NCBI GenBank assembly: GCA_041483895.1
Contig: JBGPGO010000001.1
Coordinates: 297,638 to 361,637 of the forward strand
Source of the DNA: Fimbriimonadia bacterium
Lineage (GTDB): Bacteria > Armatimonadota > Fimbriimonadia > Fimbriimonadales > JABRVX01
Length of the DNA: 64,000 bases
Direction: 5' to 3'
Below, piece after piece: positions 9,329 through 16,456 of this stretch; positions within the stretch are counted from its first letter, which is position 1, and each line of letters starts with the position of its first letter. The position numbers were made by a program, and so were the translations under genes. The notes under the pieces were generated by a model, which saw only the letters and a program-made list of their open reading frames with translations, made no database searches and was not told where the DNA came from.

Positions 9329-9452
9329 CAATGATGCGACCGGTCTCCCGACCGAGTCGCGTGTCTTGACTTCACCTAGCCCTGAATTCTCCAATGATGC
9401 GACCGGTCTCCCGACCGAGTCGCGCGTCTTGACTTCACCTAGCCCTGAATTC
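9329..9452. repeat. two tandem copies of a 63-bp hairpin-containing repeat
   Basis: caatgatgcgaccggtctcccgaccgagtcgcGtgtcttgacttcacctagccctgaattc occurs at 9329 and again at 9392 with one mismatch. Each unit carries the imperfect hairpin gcgaccggtc-tccc-gaccgagtcgc. Confidence 0.9.
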
Positions 9453-9486
9453 AACCTAAAACTGCGGGTTGGAGTAGTATTGTCCC

Positions 9487-10188
9487 GTGGGGTCCCAACA
9501 GAGCAACCTAACCGAATGCCGGGAATGCGCCGGTCAAGTCAGCGAACACGCGCCGTCATGTCCCCATTGTGGCGCGGTCCAACCGGCGCTCGCGACCCTG
9601 CCGCGCGATAAAGACGGGCACATCTCCCGGTCTGTCGTAGAGCGGTTGCAATCCGGAGAACCTGCCGGAAGCGTGACCGAGCTGGCCTCCTGCCGGGAGT
9701 GCAAGGGCCAAATCAGCCCGACCGCGGCGATGTGCCCCCACTGCGGCGCGCCGTATCCCGCCCGAGAACGTTACAGTGCCGGCAAAGATTGGAGAAGCAG
9801 TCGAACGATCAAAGGGAGGCCATTGGTGCACGTCGCCTGGGGCCGCGACCCGCTAACCGGCAAGCCGCGCGTCGCGAAAGGGGTTATCGCTATCGGCCAG
9901 TTCGCGAAAGGGGATATCGCAATCGGCCAGTTTGCCGCGGGGAAGTATTGTGCGTTGGGCCAGTTCGCGGCGTCGTTCGGAATCGGAATCGGGCAGTTCG
10001 CCATCGCGCCACTCTGTCTTGCCATGTTTGGGGTCGGGCTGCTCACAGTTGCGTTTATAGGAGTAGGCATGAAGGTTCTTGGCGGGCTGGGGATCGACCT
10101 TCATGGGATCGTAGGCGCCGGACAGACCGCGGCCGGGCACCTGGCGCCAAATGCGCCCACAACCATCAAGTTTCCCGCCGGCAGATAG
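9487..10188 (+). CDS. double zinc-ribbon membrane protein with GQFA repeats
   Basis: 233 aa. It has two CxxC...CPHCG zinc-ribbon motifs (CRECAGQ..CPHCGA and CRECKGQ..CPHCGA). These are followed by repeated IAIGQFA/ALGQFA/GIGQFA hydrophobic motifs. GTG start. Confidence 0.65.
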   Translation: MGSQQSNLTECRECAGQVSEHAPSCPHCGAVQPALATLPRDKDGHISRSVVERLQSGEPAGSVTELASCRECKGQISPTAAMCPHCGAPYPARERYSAGKDWRSSRTIKGRPLVHVAWGRDPLTGKPRVAKGVIAIGQFAKGDIAIGQFAAGKYCALGQFAASFGIGIGQFAIAPLCLAMFGVGLLTVAFIGVGMKVLGGLGIDLHGIVGAGQTAAGHLAPNAPTTIKFPAGR

Positions 10189-10189
10189 C

Positions 10190-12004
10190 ATGCAGGACCG
10201 CAAATTCCTCGCCTGGACCGCAGCGATATTCCTATTAATCGCCCTGCTACCGCAACTGTACGGCCTATTGATACAAGGCGACCGGATGTATACCGGCTTC
10301 GATGTCAACCCGGACGACATGTGCGTCTACGGGGCGTGGATGGAGCAGGCGCGGCGCGGACACTTTTTTTTCTACAATCCCTTCACAACCGACGAACAGC
10401 CCCGCATGACGGTGCATCTGTTCTTCTATGCCCTCGGGACGGCCGAGCGCTTCACCGGCCTCTCCTTCCCTGTCGTTTTCCACGCGGCGCGGCTACTGTT
10501 CGGCCTGCTCTTCATCTTCGGTGCATGGCGGCTGATCGGGCGGCTCACTGAGGACCCATTGACGCGGCGCATCCTGTTGCTCACGCTGCTGGTCTCCTCG
10601 GGCATCGGCTGGCTGTTCCAAGGCGCACAGGGGATGTCTGGGCCAACCGATCTTTGGCAGCCGGAAGGATTCACATTTCCAAGCCTCATGACGAACGCCC
10701 TCTTCGCGATCTCGTTGTGGCTGATCGTCGAGATTTGGATCGCGGTTTTGGATGCAAAGGAGCGCTGGTCGGCGGTCCCGCGCGGCGCTGTGCTGATGCT
10801 CGTGCTCGGAAACATCCACACCTACGATGTCCTTACGTTCGGTCTTGTCGCGGCCGCGTTCGCCATTTGTCTTTTGGCCCGCAGAGAGATTACGGGAGCG
10901 TGGCTGATGCGAGTCGTACTCATTGGATTGGGCGCCGTGCCGGCGGTCGCATGGCTGTGGTGGGTGCAGAAACACGACGCCGTTTTCGCGGCCCGCGCGG
11001 CAACTCTCACTTTCTCGCCGGATCCGTGGCAGTTCGTGCTCGGATATCTTCCGTTGATCCTTCTCGCGGGTGTCGCGCTGAGGCCGCGTTTGAAAGAGCT
11101 GGGCGCTATCGTTCCGTTAGCGATCCTTGGCCTATGTTTTGTGCGGCAATGGCTCAACACGTCCCCAGAACCGATTTTCATGCTCTGGTTCTTGTTGATT
11201 TACGCCTTACTGACAATCGGCGCGGCCTCGCTGGCAAAATCGAAGGAGGACGGGGTAGCGATGACGCTGCTGATAGCATGGGCCGCCGTCGCGCTTTGGA
11301 TCCCCTACTTCCCTGCCCTGTTCCAGCGCAAGCTGACGATGGGAGCGCACATCCCCATCGCCCTGTTAGCTGGCCTCGGCATCGCGAGGATTGCCGCATG
11401 GCAATCGGGTGGGAGAGAGAAAAGCCCTCCCCTTTTTTCCGGCTCAGGAGCGGCTTCCAAAACTACAACCAGGAACTTTGGGCCGGAAAAAGGGGGAGAG
11501 CCTGTCCTGAGGTTGTCGAAGGAGTTGGGTGGGGGTTTCATTCGTCTCGCAGCCGTCCTCGTCTTGCTTTCGCTCACCAACATCTTCTGGCTCCGCAACA
11601 GCTTCGAAAACATCAGCACAAACACGGCATCGACAAAAATCCATCCGGTCTTCCTCGATCCCGACCAGAGAGACGCGCTGCACTGGCTGCGAACGAACGC
11701 GTCCGAGAACGCCGCCGTTCTGGACCTCACCTTCTGGGCGTGCTACATCCCCGCGTTCGCCGGGCAAAAAACCTATGCGAGCCATTGGAGCGAGACGCCG
11801 GACTTCGCCGACAAGTTCAATCTGGTCAATCGCGACATTTATGGACTCGGAGGCAACAATCTAACGGACGGCGAGCGATACAATCTCGTCCGCGGCCTCA
11901 GCGTGCAATATGTAATCTGGCACAAGGAAAAGGACTTGACGGACTTTTCCGACCTCGGTGACATCGTGTTCGACCGTCCGACATTGGCGATTGTGAAGTT
12001 GTAG
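10190..12004 (+). CDS. polytopic membrane protein, GT-C/ArnT-like putative glycosyltransferase
   Basis: ORF trimmed to ATG 10190, one nt after the upstream TAG. It has more than 10 predicted hydrophobic spans and a soluble C-terminal domain. The family assignment is by general architecture only. Confidence 0.6.
   Translation: MQDRKFLAWTAAIFLLIALLPQLYGLLIQGDRMYTGFDVNPDDMCVYGAWMEQARRGHFFFYNPFTTDEQPRMTVHLFFYALGTAERFTGLSFPVVFHAARLLFGLLFIFGAWRLIGRLTEDPLTRRILLLTLLVSSGIGWLFQGAQGMSGPTDLWQPEGFTFPSLMTNALFAISLWLIVEIWIAVLDAKERWSAVPRGAVLMLVLGNIHTYDVLTFGLVAAAFAICLLARREITGAWLMRVVLIGLGAVPAVAWLWWVQKHDAVFAARAATLTFSPDPWQFVLGYLPLILLAGVALRPRLKELGAIVPLAILGLCFVRQWLNTSPEPIFMLWFLLIYALLTIGAASLAKSKEDGVAMTLLIAWAAVALWIPYFPALFQRKLTMGAHIPIALLAGLGIARIAAWQSGGREKSPPLFSGSGAASKTTTRNFGPEKGGEPVLRLSKELGGGFIRLAAVLVLLSLTNIFWLRNSFENISTNTASTKIHPVFLDPDQRDALHWLRTNASENAAVLDLTFWACYIPAFAGQKTYASHWSETPDFADKFNLVNRDIYGLGGNNLTDGERYNLVRGLSVQYVIWHKEKDLTDFSDLGDIVFDRPTLAIVKL
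11423..11502. repeat. imperfect 21-bp inverted repeat embedded in-frame in the membrane-protein CDS
   Basis: agccctccccttttttccggc (11423..11443) pairs with gccggaaaaagggggagagcc (11482..11502) at 18/21 positions, with a 38-nt loop. A downstream gttgggtgggggttt (11524..11538) also occurs at 51649..51665 next to a ccctccccc/gggggaggg hairpin. Confidence 0.5.
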
Positions 12005-12019
12005 CGGCATGTTCCGCTA
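12002..12019. terminator. small hairpin formed by the two convergent stop codons
   Basis: tagcgg-catgtt-ccgcta. The 6-bp stem includes TAG 12002..12004 (plus-strand gene) and cta 12017..12019 (minus-strand gene stop). Confidence 0.3.
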
Positions 12020-13315
12020 TCGACCTCTTCGCCGAAAACCGGCGAACAGCAGCAGACCTGGGATTCCGCACATCCCTGGTTCCGGGACTGGCGAGGAGAG
12101 CCAGACGGAGACGGTGCCGTCGGGGTCCACCCCCTCCCACAGCACCTGTCCATTCACGCCGACGGCGAGCGACCGGGCGGCGAGGAAGTTGAAGCTGCCA
12201 TACGCGTCGAGAGATAGATTGAACTGATTGACAAAAACGCTGCGAACTGGAACTTTGGGACCTGATGCGTACCAGACGCCGTAGCCGAATCCGTCCAGCC
12301 CAGTCATATCGAAATCGGTTGGGATTCCTACGATATCCGTCGTCAGATTTTTTCCGTTGAGGATGGCCAAGTACCCTAAGGTGCTGCTTGCCCCGTTCCA
12401 GAAGACGTCGCCTTTGTTGTTGACAAAGTTCAGCCCTTGGCGGATGCCGTCGATGTCCAGTTCCGGTACCTCCGCGGTGAGGTCCCTCATTCCCAGCATC
12501 ATATGATCCGTATTGTTCGTGTCGACGCGAATCCAAAGAAATTGGTCAGATGAGTTGATCGCCTCGACGTGTCCGGCTTTCATCGTCGGGAACAGGTCCT
12601 TGGTCAAGTTCCGATCGTTGAGGAAGACGTCGAATCTCCCGTTAGTCGTCGACCCGAGCCCGTCCCACAGCACGCTGCCACTAGCTCCCAGGATACCCGT
12701 CTGCGCGAATTGCAATTCGCCCAAGATACCGGCGGTGAAATTGACGCCGTTCTTGTACAAATTGATCTGTCCGTCGGAATCTGTGGCTCGATACAGTGTA
12801 TCACCGCGGCCGTTGATGCCGTAAAGCATGACATTGGATATCGCCGCGCCGCCGGAGATCTCCTGTCCTCCTTGGAAAACTCGGGTGACGCCGGACTTTT
12901 GGTACGTCCAGAATGGATTACCCGCGTCGTCGATCCCCCGAATTGTGACGCGGCTCTGACTTGGATCCGGCGGAAACAGCGGACCATAAAAATCGTGGCC
13001 GTCGGCGTTGACGGAGATCGAGCTCACCGTGCCCCCCTCCCACGCCACCTGCCCGCCGCGGTTGATACCGTACGTCGTGCCGTTGCTGACGGGTCCGAGG
13101 TAGGTGGAGTTGAGGTTGGTCTTGTACTTCCAAGCGTCGAAATGGCCGTCCAGGGATCTAGTCGTATAGCACGGGATGCCGTCTGCGTTGATGAAGCAGT
13201 TTACTTTTTGGCCCGCATATTGGACCTCCTTGATCAACTGCTCATGCTTCCATTGGGTCTGGGACTCCGCGCACACGAATGCCAATGTCGCGATGACGGC
13301 GATGCATGATTTCAT
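12017..13315 (-). CDS. PEP-CTERM protein with INxxGxVxW-type (HAF-like) repeats
   Basis: Trimmed to ATG 13315 (AAGGGAG RBS; signal peptide MKSCIAVIATLAFVCA). About 8 repeats of the type YGINRGGQVAWEG / YGINGRGDTLY / AVGVNGQVLWEG. The C-terminal PVPEPGMCGIPGLLLFAGFRRRGR is a PEP-CTERM signal. Confidence 0.8.
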   Translation of the reverse strand: MKSCIAVIATLAFVCAESQTQWKHEQLIKEVQYAGQKVNCFINADGIPCYTTRSLDGHFDAWKYKTNLNSTYLGPVSNGTTYGINRGGQVAWEGGTVSSISVNADGHDFYGPLFPPDPSQSRVTIRGIDDAGNPFWTYQKSGVTRVFQGGQEISGGAAISNVMLYGINGRGDTLYRATDSDGQINLYKNGVNFTAGILGELQFAQTGILGASGSVLWDGLGSTTNGRFDVFLNDRNLTKDLFPTMKAGHVEAINSSDQFLWIRVDTNNTDHMMLGMRDLTAEVPELDIDGIRQGLNFVNNKGDVFWNGASSTLGYLAILNGKNLTTDIVGIPTDFDMTGLDGFGYGVWYASGPKVPVRSVFVNQFNLSLDAYGSFNFLAARSLAVGVNGQVLWEGVDPDGTVSVWLSSPVPEPGMCGIPGLLLFAGFRRRGR

Positions 13316-13336
13316 CCAAGTATCTCCCTTTTCATG

Positions 13337-13546
13337 CCTCAACAGGTCCTCCTGTTGAGGGACGTCCGGCAACTACTTCGGCGGCGCGGTGGACATGGGT
13401 CGGCAAATCCCACCACGTGGATATATTACACCAACTTTGGCGTCTTGGCGCTCGGAAGCCTCCCAAAAACCCTCAACAGGAGGACCTGTCTGAGGGATTC
13501 AACCCTCCCCGAAGACCCTCGCCAGAAGGACCTGTCTGAGGGATTC
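13337..13546. repeat. family of three related hairpin elements in one intergenic region
   Basis: A perfect palindrome cctcaacagg-tcct-cctgttgagg lies at 13337..13360. The related cctcaacaggaggacctgtctgagggattc (13471..13500) and cctcgccagaaggacctgtctgagggattc (13517..13546) share an identical 20-mer. Confidence 0.6.
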
Positions 13547-13553
13547 TGCAACG

Positions 13554-13700
13554 CTAATCCACCGTAAACACAACCTTGCCGCACTCGCCTTTGGCGATCA
13601 GTTCCATCGCCTCCACAAACTGCGTGTAGTGGAATCGGTGGGTAATGACCGGCGGGACTACTTCGCCGTCTTGTAATCCGGCAGCCGGACCTTCCACAAA
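13554..13700 (-). pseudogene. C-terminal relic of a zinc-type (MDR) dehydrogenase
   Basis: Minus-strand frame bounded by stops at 13703..13701 and 13556..13554. It reads FVEGPAAGLQDGEVVPPVITHRFHYTQFVEAMELIAKGECGKVVFTVD*, which looks like the last ~45 aa of an MDR dehydrogenase. There is no start codon or upstream body. It overlaps the last ~14 codons of the BNR gene in another frame. Confidence 0.55.
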
Positions 13701-15844
13701 CTACGGCCATGCGTCCCTACCGTCAGATATCCGGTCCGGCGGTTGAGCGCCAGCCGCATGCACGGGCAGTTGGGAAGCCCAGTCCCGTACCGCTTCCAGT
13801 TTCCGCCGCCGCTATTGGAAACATACACCCCGACGTCGCCCGCGATATACACGTCATCCGGCCGCGTCGGATCGATGACGATATGACCGAACGGCGCGTC
13901 CGGCAGATTGTCATCCACGCTCCTCCATGTCCCGCCCGCATTCTCCGTTTTGAAAATGTGCTTGTGGCCGTATCCATGCACCCCAACATATGCGGTCCGG
14001 GGCGAGCGCGGGTCGACCGCCAACGTGGCAATGTGCCCACCCGGCAGTCCTGCCGTAATGTCGAACCAATTTCCCCCGGTGTTCGGCGTGACCCATACCC
14101 TGCCCCAGGAGCTGCCTGCGTAGATCACTTCGGAATGCTTTGGCGCGATCGCAAGGGCGCTGACATGCCCCATATCGCCGCTGATCGCCTCCCATGAATC
14201 CGTCCGGTTGGTCGTCCGCCACACTCGACTTGCCCCCGCAACCAAGATGTCCGAATTGTTGGGATCGATTTCGAAAGGAGCGTAGAAGAGGCCGCCCGTT
14301 GTGTCCATATTGTTGACGCAGTAGTACCAACTATCGCCATAGTCGTCCGACCTATGCAACGATAGGCCGACATATTCCGTGTAGACCCGCTCCGGATGCT
14401 GGTAGTCCACAATCGTCCAGCCGCCGTCGCCGAAGAAGGTCTCCTTCCATCTGAGGTCCCCCCGCGTTCGGCTGGTGCCGTTGTCCTGGGTTCCTCCGTA
14501 GGCGACAAAGGGGCTTATGGGGTCGACATCGATTCCGATGAATTGGAGCGTCGCCAGATTGTTGCTGATCGCCTCCCACGTATCCCCTCGGTCTTTCGTC
14601 ATGAAAAGACCGCCGTCGCAGCCGGTGTACATCACCTTGGGATCGATGGGGTCGAAGATAAAGCAGTGCCAGTCGGGATGGGTGTTGCCGCCGGAATACG
14701 ATCGGGAAACGTCCAGCCAGGTCGAGCCGCCGTCCAGAGTGCGAAGGATTGAATATCCGCCGCCAAAGACAATGTTGGGATTGTCCGGGGCGCAGGCGTA
14801 GAAGTTGTCGTACCAAAGCTGGCCGCCGCCGTAATTCGGCGCGTCCTTCAACAACCGCCAAGATCTGCCGCCATCATCCGTGCGATACTCCGCAATGCCG
14901 TTGCCCCAACCGACCGCGTAAGAGACGTAGACCGTGTCCGGAAAGTCGCGGCACTGCGCGAGCTGGCTCCGGCCAAAACTGTTGTGAGGGAGCGTGCCGC
15001 CCAGCAATTCCCACGTGTTCCCGGAATCCGTCGTCTTGTAAACACCGTTCTTGCCGCCAAGTCCCCCAACCGCATAGTACACATCCGGCCTTTTGTCGCT
15101 GTTCACCACGTCTGTGAAGGCGCCTTCCACCACAGCCTGCCAGTGGTTGCCTCCGTTGAGGCTGCGCATCAATCCCCGGCCGGTGGCAGCAATGAGCAGC
15201 CCGCGCACCTTTGTGCTGGCGACCATCTTCGCCACAGCGGTACCGTTCAGTTCTTCCGAGCCGAGCAACTCCCATGTCTCCCCGGCGTTGGTCGATCGCA
15301 ATATCCCCGCGCCGAAATAGCTGTCGGAAGCGCCATGCGCCTCCCCCGTGCCGGCATAGATGATGTCCGGGTTGAACGGGTCTAAGACGAGGCTGCCGAA
15401 GGAGAGCGAGGCCTCGAAATCGGACATCGGCCTCCAGTTCTGGCCGCCGTTGGTGCTCTTCCAAACCCCGCCCAGCGATGCTCCGATGTACAAACGCCTC
15501 GTATTGCGGGGGTCCACGGCGATTGTGCTCACGCGTCCGGAGTTGTCCGAACCGCCCCACGCTTTATCCAGTGGCGCCGGGCCGATGCATTCCCAAGATG
15601 GGTGAACACCCTTAGCATCCGTCCAAAACGGCACTTGCAAGGCGTCCGTCCACGGAGAGGTCCTCGTGTCTTCGGGCAGCTTTGGGCCGGAGCGCCGAAT
15701 CTGGTCGAAGTACAGCTCGCCTTCCGCCTCCTCCTTCTCCACCGTCGTGGGCAGCTTCTTTTCCCACTGCGGATCGGGTGGCCGGACACCCGCCGGGCCC
15801 TGCGCGCTTGCGGTGAAGAGGAGCCAGCCGAATGCAGCCACCAT
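13658..15844 (-). CDS. secreted BNR/Asp-box repeat (sortilin/GH74-like double propeller) protein
   Basis: About 12 Asp-box motifs (STNGGQNW, STNAGETW, SLNGGNHW, TTDSGNTW, TDDGGRSW, TLDGGSTW, TKDRGDTW, ...). Start chosen at ATG 15844 (MVAAFGWLLFTASAQG). The ORF-track start at 15982 remains possible. Confidence 0.85.
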   Translation of the reverse strand: MVAAFGWLLFTASAQGPAGVRPPDPQWEKKLPTTVEKEEAEGELYFDQIRRSGPKLPEDTRTSPWTDALQVPFWTDAKGVHPSWECIGPAPLDKAWGGSDNSGRVSTIAVDPRNTRRLYIGASLGGVWKSTNGGQNWRPMSDFEASLSFGSLVLDPFNPDIIYAGTGEAHGASDSYFGAGILRSTNAGETWELLGSEELNGTAVAKMVASTKVRGLLIAATGRGLMRSLNGGNHWQAVVEGAFTDVVNSDKRPDVYYAVGGLGGKNGVYKTTDSGNTWELLGGTLPHNSFGRSQLAQCRDFPDTVYVSYAVGWGNGIAEYRTDDGGRSWRLLKDAPNYGGGQLWYDNFYACAPDNPNIVFGGGYSILRTLDGGSTWLDVSRSYSGGNTHPDWHCFIFDPIDPKVMYTGCDGGLFMTKDRGDTWEAISNNLATLQFIGIDVDPISPFVAYGGTQDNGTSRTRGDLRWKETFFGDGGWTIVDYQHPERVYTEYVGLSLHRSDDYGDSWYYCVNNMDTTGGLFYAPFEIDPNNSDILVAGASRVWRTTNRTDSWEAISGDMGHVSALAIAPKHSEVIYAGSSWGRVWVTPNTGGNWFDITAGLPGGHIATLAVDPRSPRTAYVGVHGYGHKHIFKTENAGGTWRSVDDNLPDAPFGHIVIDPTRPDDVYIAGDVGVYVSNSGGGNWKRYGTGLPNCPCMRLALNRRTGYLTVGTHGRSLWKVRLPDYKTAK

Positions 15845-16153
15845 CCCAACCCTATAGAATGCCGGAATACAAAAGTTGTGTAAGGATTGACCCGCTGAGG
15901 CCACTTGGCCCCTGGCATCAATCGTATAAATCGGTGGGGAGGCATCTCTAGTAAATCGAGGGTGTCGAAGAAGGCGGTCCATGACCGGATCATTTCACGG
16001 TCAAGACAAAGGGTCCTTCCGGCCGGCATGCCCGTAAATACCAGAGATTACGAGGAAGGTCCCGAATTTCCCCGATTATCTACGTGGAAATTTGACTTTT
16101 CTGGTGGCAATTTGGTAGAGAGTGGAAGCATAGAGTTGGGAGGTTCGAAACAG

Positions 16154-16375
16154 ATGGAACCGAATAGCAAGGCGGCGGAGATCTCCGTCTTTGAGAGCGA
16201 TATCATATCCGACCTTGGACGTGGCGCTGGGCAGCAGGAAGTGGCTGATTCTCACGGAATTACCCACGAGGATCTTGAAATCTCCTTGTACAGCGTGCTC
16301 GGCAAGCTCCAGGTCGGCGCGGCCAAATTCGTCCTCGACGACGTTACCGAACCGAAGGAACTGGTTCCCGCCTAA
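16154..16375 (+). CDS. possible small GerE/LuxR-type HTH protein (73 aa)
   Basis: Internal ATG of ORF 15905..16375, preceded by GGGAGG 8 nt upstream. Third-position GC is high by hand count, about 52 of 73 codons. GQQEVADSHGITHEDLEISLYSVLGKLQV resembles a LuxR/GerE HTH. The gene lies between two minus-strand genes. Confidence 0.35.
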   Translation: MEPNSKAAEISVFESDIISDLGRGAGQQEVADSHGITHEDLEISLYSVLGKLQVGAAKFVLDDVTEPKELVPA

Positions 16376-16456
16376 AAAAGAAGGGCGGCCCGCTTTGGGG
16401 CGAACCGCTCTACTCTACTCAAAGGTTCCGTTCTCAGAGGCTTTTGCTACGTATCT

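Noticed and set aside
9008-9611. ORFs 9008..9454 (-) and 9276..9611 (+) spanning the 63-bp tandem repeat
   Set aside because: Their repeated peptide segments derive from the DNA duplication. They overlap the promoter regions of two well-supported divergent genes and have no RBS.
10654-11961. 435-aa plus-strand ORF in an alternative frame of the membrane-protein gene
   Set aside because: The 10190..12004 frame gives coherent TM helices. The alternative frame gives Arg-rich hydrophilic nonsense.
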